In this document: positions 37,363-50,100 of the stretch, in pieces
Layout of the letters: every line of letters begins with the position of its first letter
Numbering within the stretch: the stretch's first letter is position 1
Assembly (NCBI GenBank): GCA_015680685.1
Contig: MNCI01000736.1
Location: forward strand, 124,001-188,000
DNA from: Gnetum montanum
Lineage: Eukaryota; Plantae; Gnetophyta
Direction: 5' to 3'
DNA length: 64,000 nt
Program-made: the position numbers and the translations under genes
The notes under the pieces: model-generated
What the model saw: the letters and a program-made list of their open reading frames with translations, nothing else
The model's database searches: none
What the model was told of the DNA's origin: nothing

Positions 37363-38110
37363 TCATATCTCACACCAAAGTACTTAGACTCTAGAAGCCA
37401 TAACTTTTAATTTTGGAAACCTTTTTCAACGAAAGAAGAGTCATTACCTATAGATTTCAACCTTCCAAGTTCAATGGTGGAGTCAAATTCATCTTAGGGA
37501 ACTCCAAAACTTGGTTTTTACTCTTTGTCCAATATAGTGCCTCGAGAACCTCAAAAGTCTAATTTTCACATAACTTGAGCATATGATGTCCATTTTTGAC
37601 ATATGAATAGTCATTTATAACATTTTTCACCCTTTTGAACTCAATGTGAGGTTACATTTGACATTCAGGTATCCTATGATTCAATAATATTATAAATTCA
37701 ACATTTTAGGCTTTAAAATTTAGTACATAACCGTTATAGATAGTCTTTAAATCACTATGACATGTTATTAGTTACATTGTTGGAGTCAGTGTTGGGGGGT
37801 AGAAAGGTCATCAAAAATAATAAAGTTAAATATTACTAAAAATCAGGTAATTATATATTACTAAAATTAGATAATATAGTTACATGTTATTATATGATGT
37901 TGTTAAATATTACTAAAATTAGATACTATAATTATAAAAATAGATAATATAGTTATTCATTTGATGTAGTTGATTATTAGTTGATGTGTTAGTTAAAAGA
38001 TCAATTGATGTATTAGTTGGAGAATTCATTGAAAAAAAATAGAACAATCTTCAACAATCAAGAAAGGGTATATTAATCCATTCTACAATCAAAACATATG
38101 ACAAAACAAC

Positions 38111-39340
38111 ATGGAGATTCAAAATGTCATTTTGATAAGGAATATGATACTCATGAAGAGAAATGATCTAGAAAAGAATCCAAGAATAGGAATGAAAGTT
38201 GCAACATACAACATGCTTGCAAAACCCCTAGTGAGTGAGAAACAATATCTGTTATGTCCATCATGGGCCTTGGATTCACATCAATATCGATACCTACTTA
38301 TTTTAGCAGAATTACAAGATTTGGATGCTGATGTCTTGTGCGTATAAGAAGTCTTACCATGGGAATTTCTAAATCAATTCCAACTAGATTTGAAAAAGGT
38401 TCTTATGGAAGTTCTTTTTTTTTAGCCATATAGGTTAGCCTATTGCAAAAATCACAACATGGATGGTTGTGTGATCTTTTATAAAGAAGCCAAGTTTGAA
38501 TTGGTACAAACATTTGAATGGAGTTTAGAAAATATTATTTTTGAAATTCCAGAACTTCAAGCAATGGAAAAGAAAGAATAGCTAAGATTTTGGAAAAATC
38601 ACATAGCCTTGGTAGTGAGTCTAAAAGTTCATCTATCAAGAAGATGTGTATGTGTGGTTAACACACATTTAATTGCCAAACCAACATGTTCAAATGTTAG
38701 ACTTTGTCAAGGAGCATACTTTATTAAGCCAATAGAAGAAAGTTTGAAGAAGAAGTTATTCCTAAGTTGNAATACTTGATTAAGCCAATAGAAGAAAGTT
38801 TGAAGAAGAAGTTATTCCTAAGTTGTACCAATCCAGTTCCATTTATTCTTTGTGAAGACTTCAATGCAAAAGTTGGAATTAGCATTTATCAATTCTTAAA
38901 ATATTGATCTATAAAAAAAATATTTGGAAGATGAACTTGACTTGAAACATATGTTTCCATCAATTTAGCATAGCCATTACATATTCTACCAATGCATATT
39001 CTACTTACTTTGAATCTTTAGTAGATAAATCAGACTTTAGAATTTAGGAATAGATGATGTTGATGAATAACACTCATCAAGAACCACAATTTACAAATTA
39101 CTCTACAATGATTAATGAGGATGGGTTAATAAAATTCTTCATTTAGACTTTGGATTATATTTGGTATGATGTCTGATTCTTTCAAGTTACCAAGTTACTA
39201 AAGTTGATTTCTAAAGAAGAAGTTGAGAAGAATCAAGATCAAGCCTTGCCATCATTAACAAGACCATTTGATCATATACCACTTATGGTAGAATTACAGT
39301 TACTCCCATCAATTCATAAGGTTGATAAAGATGAAGAAGT
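38111..39340 (+). pseudogene. CCR4/nocturnin/Angel-family EEP deadenylase-like gene carried by A2
   Basis: VATYNMLA..QY..CPSWALD..YR..IL.EL....ADVLCV*EV; DGCVIFYK..KF; KNHIALVVSL; CVVNTHL; PFILCEDFNA; EPQFTNY; TLDYIWY; ALPS..RPFDHIPLMVEL, all in canonical order. Confidence 0.88.
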
Positions 39341-39761
39341 ATCTCACTCTTACTTTTATTTGATGATCTTATTATTTTATTCATTATTTAATTATACTTC
39401 AATTAGATTAATAAAACATCTAAGGTAATGCAAGTTGGAAAAAAGGAATTTTCCTTGCCTTCACATGGGTAGCCAGATCCAAGTTGCACTTTGTGTGATC
39501 TTGGTCAAGATTGGTGATTAGTGGTTGATAAATATTTAATTCATATTTTGTCATTATCTTAGAAAATGAAGTAAGTATCAAGAAAGTAATATTTAATTTT
39601 CCATATAATCTTTCTCATATATATTTTATTTGAAGAATAAGCAAGAAACAACTTCAAGTTCAAAGGAGAAATCAAATTATTAAAGCACAAGATATTGAAA
39701 GAAAGCATTGGAGCTAGAAAAAAATAGAAAACATGGATTTATTTAAGGATGAACAAAACCT

Positions 39762-39773
39762 AAGGGGGTAGAT
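39762..39773 (+). promoter_or_regulatory. polypurine tract of A2
   Basis: AAGGGGGTAGAT directly before the LTR start TGTCACA. Confidence 0.8.
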
Positions 39774-40274
39774 TGTCACATCCCCATTCCCAAATGATGT
39801 TGTTAACTAATGAACATGGTGTCTCTTCATAACAAGTGTTCTTATTATCTTAACAGGACCTAAAAGGGTAGTTGTAATTAGACTCGACAAGACATGTTGT
39901 AATAACAAATGTGTCTCTTAAGGTAACCATTAGGGTTTTAACCTAAGGCATTTATACTTGGGGTTACAGGTCTTGCCAGCATGGAATGGAGGAGCTAGTA
40001 TAGGCAAGTCATGGAGTGGTGGAGACAATATAGGCAAGTCATAGGAAGCTAGGTGAAGTGGGATAGGAAGTGAATTGGCCATCCCTTTTGGCTGAGTTAT
40101 AAGCATAACCATGGTGGTAGTGCCAGATTGCCTCTAAGGGATAGATGCCAAAGAAGAAAACCCCAAGGAACACTCTTAGAGCATGATTTGGATACGCTAT
40201 TCCATATCAATAAAACATTCTTTTATTTCCTTTTTTCATTTTTCCTCTTATTTTCTTTATACATAATGTTGAAT
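39774..40274 (+). repeat. 3' LTR of A2 (right end in assembly gap)
   Basis: Colinear with the 5' LTR, roughly 85% identical by eye. Confidence 0.92.
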
Positions 40275-40483
40275 NNNNNNNNNNNNNNNNNNNNNNNNNN
40301 NNNNNNNNNNNNNNNNNNNNNNNNNNNNNNNNNNNNNNNNNNNNNNNNNNNNNNNNNNNNNNNNNNNNNNNNNNNNNNNNNNNNNNNNNNNNNNNNNNNN
40401 NNNNNNNNNNNNNNNNNNNNNNNNNNNNNNNNNNNNNNNNNNNNNNNNNNNNNNNNNNNNNNNNNNNNNNNNNNNNNNNNNNN
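40275..40483. other. assembly gap (N run)
   Basis: Run of N. Confidence 1.
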
Positions 40484-41090
40484 GGTCAAACATAAATTAA
40501 TAACACCCTATCACCCCCAAGCCAATGGTGAACCAAAGTTAACTAATAGGAAGGGTTCAAAGATTTTAAAAAGAACTATCAAAAAATATAGGAGAGACTA
40601 GAGCTCAAAGCTCAATGATGCCCTTTGGGCATATCACTCAACATAGAAACTCCCTATTGGCTACTCTCCCTATGAGTTAGTGTATGGAAAACTTTCAATG
40701 CTGCAAATTCAATCCAATCTCTGTACACTCTTAATAGCCTGTGATCTAAATCTTGACCTAAGCCTAGCATAAAAAGAAAGATTGTTCAACCTCAACATGC
40801 TAGATAAAAATCAATTAGTAGCCCTATTTTTGAATAAAGTTCATAAGGTATTCAACAAGAAACAACATGACCTTAGAATATGAAAAGTAAAATTTCAACT
40901 TGGAGATAAGGTTTTGTACTGGAACCCCACCCATGTACCCTAAAAAACAAAGTTCTAAACATTGTGGGAGGAATCTTATATAATTGATAAAACCTTTTAT
41001 TTTGGGAGCATAACCATATACAAAACTAAGAGGCCAAATAAAAAGTAGTTGATAAACATCCAACATGTAAAGCCTTTCTACGAGCCAAAG
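40484..41090 (+). pseudogene. integrase C-terminal part of the Athila-like element
   Basis: VKHKLITPYHPQANG..LTNR, LNDALWAY, TPIGYSPYELVYGK. Confidence 0.88.
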
Positions 41091-42974
41091 CAAGCTAGTG
41101 TAATGAATACCTTAGCAAATGGAAAACCATACTCAATTTTTTAGATCTCCTTATTTCAACTCAATTGTGAAGGAGATGTCCATCCATGCTAATGATCAAT
41201 ATGGCTCTTTCATTTTTCTATTTTTTTTTACATTTCTTATTTGCAATTTATTTATTTTCCACCTTTTTAATTTTCAAAATTTTTTATTTTACACCATTTT
41301 TTTGCACCATTGTTAGTACATTTAAATATTTCATGAATATTTTAAACTTTCTTATAAATTTTACTTTGTTTTGTTTGAGTGTGATTCTCAAATTTGGTTA
41401 ATAAACATGCTTTGCACCAATAGGACATAGTGGTGCTATAACTATTATTAATGGTAGTTTGTGCTTTATGTTTTGTTTGCTAATGTCTACTTTCTATTTT
41501 TAAATTTTTGTACCAATGGCTAAGTCATGGTTTCTTTTGCATGGAACAAGTAGTGAGTCCATCACATCCACCCATTCATAAATTCTATGGTTTTCCTTAT
41601 TTTGGACGTTTGGGATCCCTTTCATTAAATAAACTTTCAATAAATTGGTGACCTTCATAGTTTCTAGAATTGGAAAGGATGCAATGGTTTGTATAGGGTT
41701 TGACTTTAAAGAAACTCAATATTCTTTGTACTCTTAGACAAACAAATGGGCTACAAGCACTAGTTATGGAACTAGAAAGACATGTTACCCATGCTTTAAG
41801 GTCTCCTCTAACTAAGTCCCTCTCTCACTTCTTACTTATCTTTTCTTCTTCTTATGGAATGGTGGTTGTTCTATGGGTGCATTGTTATGTCTTGAGGGGA
41901 TGGATCAATCTTGAAGTGGTGATGTGAAGTCACTGAAAAAGGTTGGTTTTAATCTAGACTAAGGATGGATATTCTTAGGTCATGTTAAATACAAAACTCC
42001 ATAAGGAACTTCTTATGACCTTAATTCTAAATTCCATTCCACCTTCTCCATCATCCATCCATGCTATTCGTAACTCACCACACTATCAATGTCCATGTTC
42101 TTTATTTAGTGTCTTGGTCTTAAGTACTTGAATTCTTAGGTAGAATCTTTTGAGTTTTGGTCCTTAACTTTTGTTGACCATTAATCACCTATAGGGTCCA
42201 CAGACTCCTTAGCTTGAGGTTATGCAAGGGTAAATAATGCATGTGCTTGCTATGGGGAGGATCCACTTACATCTCTCTTGGTTGGGTTCATTAAGCACCT
42301 TATCTTGAGGCATTCTTGTAAATAAAATCTTTCATACACCTGTCTTCAAAATCAGATCATGTGCTCTTTTACATATTTATTTTAACAAATACTTTATTTA
42401 TCAAATTTTTAAATTTTTAAGGTTTCAAAGATCCTCTTTAATGATTTTCTCATATTCTTGGCTTTTCTAGGACTCCATAGACCCCAAGTTCATTAAAAAA
42501 ATCCCTTGTATTTTTTAAAATATTCATATTCAAAATTTTGTGTATGGGCCCCATATATAGGGCCTTGTCAATGGAGTAGACATATATATATGAGGCCCCA
42601 TATACAAGGCCCATTGACATGGTGGAAAAATATTATATATTGGCATGACCCCACCTAGAAATTTCTACATTTTCACATAAATCTTAAGGCAGTTTTTCAA
42701 ATTTTCAAAGCCCAAAAACTTCTAGAGCCCATAACTTCTTAATTGTTTATCTAAATCACTCCGTTCTTTGACCCTGTAGCTATTGGAGGTAATTTCTTTG
42801 TCATTTTTACCAGAAATGTGCCATTTTTACTAGAAACATTTTCTTCATTTTTCTAACTTTGACAAAGGTTTAACTAAGAAATCAACTATTAAATACCAAA
42901 TTACAAGAGTTAAACCTTTCCAACAAACTCTAATGACATTTACAATAAATAATTAATAAAATAATCAATATACC

Positions 42975-45940
42975 ATGGTCGAACCTTAGCCAAAAGTGTA
43001 ACTAACTAATAAAAGAAGGTATTCAAAAATTTAAAGTTACACATTATATCTACTAATCCATAGATGTGTTGTAACCACATATGATACCAAAATAAATGCA
43101 CACACAAGAAGTAGAACCATCTGAACCAAGGGAGAAACAACCTAGAATAGGAAGAGGCCAAGATCAATCCCAAGAAGAATTTCTTGCAGCCCACATCATA
43201 GGTCCTCTTAGGAAAGAGGTTGATGTGGAATCTATTCAATAGATTCAAGAACAAGTAGCAACAATAACACTTCCACTAGGATGATGCACTAGTTCAATAA
43301 GCAAATCTCAAGGTAACCTTGATAGAAGCTTGCTTAAATCAAATGAAATTAAGGGAGGTCCAAAAAATTGTGCTCTAGGAGTTAAACTTTGGCCCTTTCT
43401 AGAGCAAGCACCAAAAGAAGTGTAGGACCAACTGAAGGCCTCTCCCATGTGGCCAATCATCACTTCTATCAACGAGTGGTACATGGGAGAGATATTTTTA
43501 TTCTAGAATAATAGGTAGCCTAGATCCACAATAAAAATCAAGGACATCTTAGTGTTCTACTTAGTGCAAGCTATTGCTACAGTGCTTGGGTTGCTAGAAA
43601 TAGGGATAAGTCTTATTGAGATTCCAATGGAGGTAGACCCTATCATTAACAAAGAATGGGTGCAAAAATGCTATGGCATTGTCCACAAGTAGTTTTGTGT
43701 GCTCACAGTAGTAGAAAGGATCCATTATAAGATTGCAACCTTCCATCTCAATCCCATAGTGAGGCCAAGAAAAATCACCACCTTTTCTACTTGAGCTTGC
43801 CTTGTCAACCTCCAACAACTACTCTATCTAGACATAGAAAAGTAATTTAAAGAAAATGAACATGGAAGGAAGGCACCCCCCTTTCCATATCTCATTAGAA
43901 AAATTTGTCAGAGGGGAGGAATATTTTGTTATATGAATGATGCTATTAGGCATGGCTTGACCACCAATTGAATGGAAATGATGAAAGATAAAATGCCTAC
44001 AACTACCATTCAAGAAGAGGAGCAACAATCACCACCTCCACCTACAACTCAAACAACTATGCTAGATGTCGCTACAATTTCCCAATGATTGTGTGAGTAC
44101 TAAAAATGGCTCTTGAGTGAACAAGAGAAATAATTAGGCATGAGTGATGAGGACCCATCTTTATATAAACTAGAAATGAGTCACCTAAATGAGGTGGCCT
44201 AAACAATTAGATTAATGAGTAGAGGTGAATCTATTTTCTCAACCCAAAGAACATAGTTGCTTGTAAGGTTGAATCCTAGCATCAAAGAGGTTACTGTATC
44301 CCTTGCAGAATAGCAGTCACTCCTAAAAATCACTGGTAACTTCACAACATTCTTAGTGCACCTAGATAAAGGTTAGGGGGTAGAAATATTGATGATGTAG
44401 CACCAAGGATAGGAGATAGTAGTAGAGGTGGTTGCTAACTGAATAGCCAAAATACTCAATGCACCTACAACATCTGTACCAGACATCATTACATTCAAGA
44501 ATGTGTAGACATCTATAGGATCAACAAGTGGTAAAATAAATGTAGCATAACATGAAGAACTACTAGATTGACTAGTAGGAACTAGGCAACCACTTTTAGA
44601 TGTCTTTGACCTTTCAGAAAATATTACTGCAACCTAGTCAAAGTTACTAGAGGCAAGGGGTAAGATCATCATCTTGGAGGGGCAACTCAAAACATCCAAA
44701 GAGCTAAACAAACACTTGGCTATTGAATTTGTTAAATTAAGAGCCTAGATTGTTGACCCTACATTTCTCAACCTAGCATTGACAAGAGATGAAGCTATTG
44801 AATAAATTGACACTAAACTAAAAGGGTTTGAGGATGTAATGAAGATAATGGTGTTCTATTGATCCTTTGTAGAGGCCACACAATAAAACATTTAAAAGAC
44901 CTTGGATTAAACCCACTAGGAGAATGTACAATTGATTGTAGAGAATCATTGCCTATGAAATATTGATGAGCACAAAAAATAATTAACTAACTTCATCCAT
45001 TAACAACATGAGAAACTGGACAAAGCAAACAGAGAATGGAGGAGATTGGTAGTAGAATATAGAAACCTCTCCATGGAGGAGGTCTATGCCCTTTACTAGA
45101 AAACTATGATTAAGGTAGCTACCTAGAAATTAGAGGCTCTTAAATTTAAGAGATTCAAGGATTATTACAAGGAGCAAGTCAATCTACAATAATAAGTGAA
45201 TGAAAAACACATCTACTTGACAAAGGAGAAAGTGAATGAAGCCCTCTAGCAACTACAACAACAAAGAGAAGTTTGATAGTCTATCGTTGATGGGATAGAT
45301 GCCTACAACAAGGTAGAAATTCACATAAAGGAGTTTCATATTGAGGAGATGATACAATACATGGAGCTCACCAATCCTCAATACGTAAATCTGGACATGT
45401 TGACTACTGGATGGCCATGGTTAAAACTATAGAAATAGGTGGATAGCTCATACTTATTGTATGAGGTCAAGTTTAAGCATCATTAAAAAACCAAGAAAAG
45501 GTTTGTGGTGGCAAACAGTAAACTTGAAGTTCTTAAGGGTAAATACACTGATCAAATATCTACTACAAAGAACCTAGCTAAAAGAATGAACAACTTCCAG
45601 AAGCTACAAAATGTAGTCAATGCATTCGATGTTGACTAAAAATAGTTCACTGCCTGGTTTAACAACATGAAAGAGATGTTCCTGATAATGTCCTATCCAT
45701 AGGATATCCCCATTCTAGCCCACATTGGTGGTTTTGCATGGACTATGAATGATCCTTGGAGTAAGGAGGAGCAGATGAAGGAATTACTATATGCCTTTCA
45801 CCTTCCATTGGAGTTTGTAGTTGTAGTAGAATAGCCACAGTCACCTCAACCAACACACATGCCTAGAGCCAATTAAGCTGCTTTAGAACTTTAGAAGCCC
45901 TCACTACCTGGGATTGTCTATTCTTCTTCACCATCTTCAT
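42975..45940 (+). pseudogene. long degenerate 3' (env-like/accessory) ORF of the Athila-like element
   Basis: Extended coding-like, coiled-coil-rich frames between INT and the PPT; no family-defining motif recognised. Confidence 0.5.
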
Positions 45941-46154
45941 GTCATTAGAGGACATGGTATCCAATTTTTTGTATTCATGTCATGGTGTTCAATTTTGTGT
46001 CATGAACATCATAATTTTTATTATGTTGATTTATACACTTTGGCACTCAGTTTTGTCAAGTCAATTTCTTATGTCAAGAGTTAATCAATAATCCCATACC
46101 TTCTCAATTTGGTAAAGGAACTTGAGGACAAGTTTTCATTCAATCATGGGGGTA

Positions 46155-47123
46155 TGATGAGCATCAAAGTATCACATTGATGGACCTCCATGGACATGAC
46201 CTTGTTGATGGGACCCCGTTGATTAGGCCCCACTTACATGGTGCTGCTTCGTCAATGGGGATATGCCGATGTAGCCTTTGCTACATCAACAAGGCCTTGT
46301 CAATGTAGCCTTGTTGCAAAAACTATAAGTACATGCTCCTAGCCATGTTTATGGGACATCAAGTCATAGTTGTAGTAGAGCTCTTGCAGTTTTTCCATTT
46401 GAAAGTTAGAATATTTCTTTGAGGACCCATAGTAGGAGTCAGAAAGTGTATAGATCTTTATTCAAGCACTATTGTACCTTAACCACACCAATGTGTATAA
46501 CAATAAAGATGAGCCTTTTGATCAAACCTTGCATCACTTAGAATAGATTAATGAATTATTTATGCATTTATTATTTTCATTAAATATGAAATTAACTAAG
46601 ATCAATTAAGCTAAATTAGACTTAAAGTGATTAGTTAATTATTTAAGATAAATAGATTAAACACATAAGTATAACCACTTTGAGTGTAAACATGTATCCA
46701 CTTGGTAATCCTAGTAGTGTTATTGCTTGGTGCACCTAATAGCATAGCAAATGGTAACCCAGTAGCGAATATGTGGGTTTAAGATGTGTATAGAAAGTGG
46801 GATCAAATGCTTATGTAGGACTAGTTAGAGACTAGGAAAGTAATTAAATTAAATTAGTTATTAAAATACTTCATCTCTTTATTTAAGTGTCAAAGAACAT
46901 AAAACATAAAATAATAAAAAGCATATGCCTCAATTACACTTAACCATACCTTTGTACATTACAAGTATAATTGGGAAGACAACAAATGACCTTTATGGCG
47001 AGGTTCACTTCCTAGAGAACTAGTACACCAGAAACTATAGAGTCCATAGAATTCAATCGAATCATGCATGAACACTTCCTGATTCATATGGTTGAGCATA
47101 GGGGTACCTTCAACCACTCATCA
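46155..47123 (+). repeat. 3' LTR of the Athila-like element
   Basis: TGATGAGCATC...ACTCATCA after GGGGGTA; ~85 bp longer than the 5' LTR in U3. Confidence 0.9.
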
Positions 47124-50100
47124 AAATTGGTGTACATCACCTACCTATCTTGGGAAATTTGTACATAGTTCCAAATCTCTTGAATCTACTTTATGATATG
47201 CTCTACCATATTACCTACCTAATGGTGATACTTCATGGCATCATAGCACAATGGTATCCAACATGGTTTGGCATACAAGACCTCATACATGATTTTCTAT
47301 AAAATTTCCTAATAGCTATTTTTATAAGTAAAATAGAATAAGAAGAACATCTCATCTCAATTATCTTCATGCTATAATGCTTAGGGTTTCAACATATTCT
47401 TAAAGTTCTAGTTTACCTATTTAATTGAGGATTTACTATATGCTATAAACTACCAATGAATATGATCTACAGTATCTTGTAATTGCAAATTGCAATTAAC
47501 TATGATCTACAATTAGTCTACAACAACTTTCCTAGTTATAAAAACATACTCAAATGACTTAAAAATACTAATACACAGTTCCTATGACTTCTAACATATA
47601 TTGAGGATGTTAATTACATTAGGAAGATGAGTTTATGTCACCATTAAAATTCATACCAACTATCTTTAATATTAACTAAGGATTCTTGTGGAGACACAAA
47701 TTTCCATTAGACCTTTAATGTTGTACCTTTACTTTCTAGAAAATTAAACATTAGAAAAAATACTTACCTACACCTCTCTTCATGCTTGCCACCAGTGTAT
47801 CCATCTTAAACTTTGATTTATCTTTTCTCTACCTTATTGCAACTAATATTATCTCATATGTGGCTCATGCAACAAGTGGAATTGCAAAGCCTTAGTAGCA
47901 TAAACTTTATCATTACAATACAATACATATTAACTATCAATAGAGAAAGATCCATTATTGGTAGCTTGCTAATTCTACTCCAAGCATCATAAATCACTTT
48001 TCTACTACTTCTAAATCTCATAATGTACATTAAATTAGATGGAGAGGCTATGAACTTTACCTACTACATTTCTTAGCATGTTTGCAACTTGATATTCCTC
48101 TCAAATCAATATTTGATGGTAATTAAAATTTTTTAACAACTAAACTCATATGCATTCCCATAAATTCAACTATGCCTAACTCATAAGGTACTAAAGACTC
48201 TTATGTATAGTTCACACTATTACTTGCTCCTCATATAGATAGTATTGCTAAATCTTTAGTGCAAATAATTAGTACATCCAACTCCAAATCATGTGCCAAA
48301 TATTGTGGCTCATGAGGCTTTAGCTAATGAGAAGCATAAGCCACTATATTTTATTTCTAGATCAACACATAGCCAAACCCATCACTAAAAAATGTTTTAT
48401 ATTCATCATAGAAAAAGCTCTTCTTCGATGAGATCAACACTAGAGCAATCATCAATATGTACTTCAACCCATCAAATGCAACCTAACAAGATGAATTCAA
48501 TACAAAGCTAGTCTCCTACCTTAATAAATGAATCTAAGGAGATGCTATCTTGAATAAATGCTCCAAAAATTTATGGTAATAACCTATCAATCATATAAAT
48601 CTCTAAAAGTATACCACTAATTATGGAACTAGCCTATCATGAATCACCACAATCTTCACTAAATTCATAGAGATACCAATTCTTAACATCACATTTTCTA
48701 AGAAATGGATCTCATACTACCAAAATAAATAGTTGGATGGTTAAGTATAGAAGTGATACTACCTCAAATTCTACAACACCATCCATAAATACTTTACATG
48801 TAGTTTCTCATTAGGTGAATAAATTAGAACATCATCTAGAAAAATAATCACATACTAATCTAGAACTATCTGCAACAAACTATTCATGATATGCATAAAG
48901 ACTATTGGTGTATTTTTTAATTCAAGTGGAAGCACCAGAAAGTCATAATGATAATAATGAGTTCAAAATGGTATCTTTGATATATCTTATTCATGAACTT
49001 ATACTTGATGATAATTATATTTGATATCAATCTTTGAGAATATAGGGGTTTCTTGAAGTTGATCAAATAGGTTATTAATGTATAGAAATGAAGACTTATT
49101 CTTCATGTTAACTTGATTAAGATACTTGTAATCAATGCACAATCATAGGCTACCATATTTATTTTTGATACATAGAACTAGTGCATCCCAGGGTAATACA
49201 TAAGGACAAATGAAATCTTTGTTCATCAGCTTCTACAATTGTATCTTTAGCTCTACTAACTTTACTAGAGACATCTTGTGTGGTGACTTTGTGATAAGCT
49301 CTATACTGAGCTTGAGCTTGATCCTAAACTCAACCTCATGCCTCTATAAAAAACTTGATAACTCTATATAGAACACATTTAAACACTCATGGGTCATAGG
49401 AATCTAATATATTTTATTTATCTATTATCACATCCCCATTCCAAAATGATGTGGTTGCCTAATGAAGGTGGTGTATTTTCATAACAAGTGTTAGTATTAT
49501 CTTAAAAAGACCCAAAAAGGGTAGTTGTGATGAAGACCTGAAAGGACATGTTGTAATAATAGGCATGTCTCTTGAGGAACCTTTGGTGGTTTGACCTAAG
49601 GCATTTATACCTGGGGTTAGAGGTCATGCCAGCATGAGAAATGGCAGAGCTAGTACAGGCAAGTCATGGGGTGGTGGAGCTAGTATAGGCAAGTTATAAG
49701 AAGCTAGGTGAAGCAAGATACGAAGGGGACTGGCCCACCCTTTTGGCCAAGTTATAGGCCTAACCTTGGTGGTAGTGTTGGATTGCCTATAAGGGATAGA
49801 TGCTAAAGAAAGAAAACCCCAAGAAACACTCTTAGAGAATGATCCAAATACACTCTTCCATATCAATAAAGCATTCTTTTATTTTCTTTTTTTCATTTTC
49901 CCTATTATTTCCTTTATACATAATGTTGAATATTACTTATATTTTGCATTTGGTATGTTTTCTTCATATGCATAATGTCTAATATATTGTATATTTGACG
50001 TTTGCCATGACATCTAGGGATGGGATGTCACATCTATGCTCTATAGATTGATATCACATAATACCTACTCTCTTTTCAAAGCATCATGTGGGATCCTTAG

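Larger units (their letters stand above)
33614..40274 (+). mobile_element. non-autonomous family-A LTR element A2 (~5.7 kb reconstructed) carrying a CCR4-like gene; 5' end displaced by the inversion
   Basis: Reconstructed order: 5' LTR (34879-34275), PBS, 34260-33614, 35956-39773 (22-bp array, 5S box, EEP gene), PPT, 3' LTR from 39774. It sits inside the host integrase. The span given also includes the inverted host pol segment 34880-35955. Confidence 0.8.
28575..47123 (+). mobile_element. Athila-like Ty3/gypsy element inserted in the Tekay integrase; hosts element A2 and an inversion
   Basis: LTR pair, tRNA-Asp-type PBS, gag-PR-RT-RH-INT, long 3' ORF, PPT GGGGGTA. A 4-bp TSD CAAT/AAAT restores the host frame. 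Confidence 0.88.

Noticed and set aside
37300-37380. Functional 5S rRNA gene or Cassandra element
   Set aside because: The 5' ~40 nt of 5S are missing, there is no oligo-T terminator or array context, and no Cassandra-like LTR termini surround it.
38714-38826. ~57-bp tandem duplication inside the CCR4-like gene
   Set aside because: The two copies flank a single N at 38770, so this is most likely a contig-overlap artefact.
38111-39340. LINE APE endonuclease as explanation of the EEP ORF
   Set aside because: CPSWAL..YR, DGC.IF, KN.IAL and EP.FTNY are CCR4-type motifs, and no RT follows before the PPT.
40128-40601. 157-aa ORF and overlapping ORFs
   Set aside because: Artefacts of translating through the N gap.
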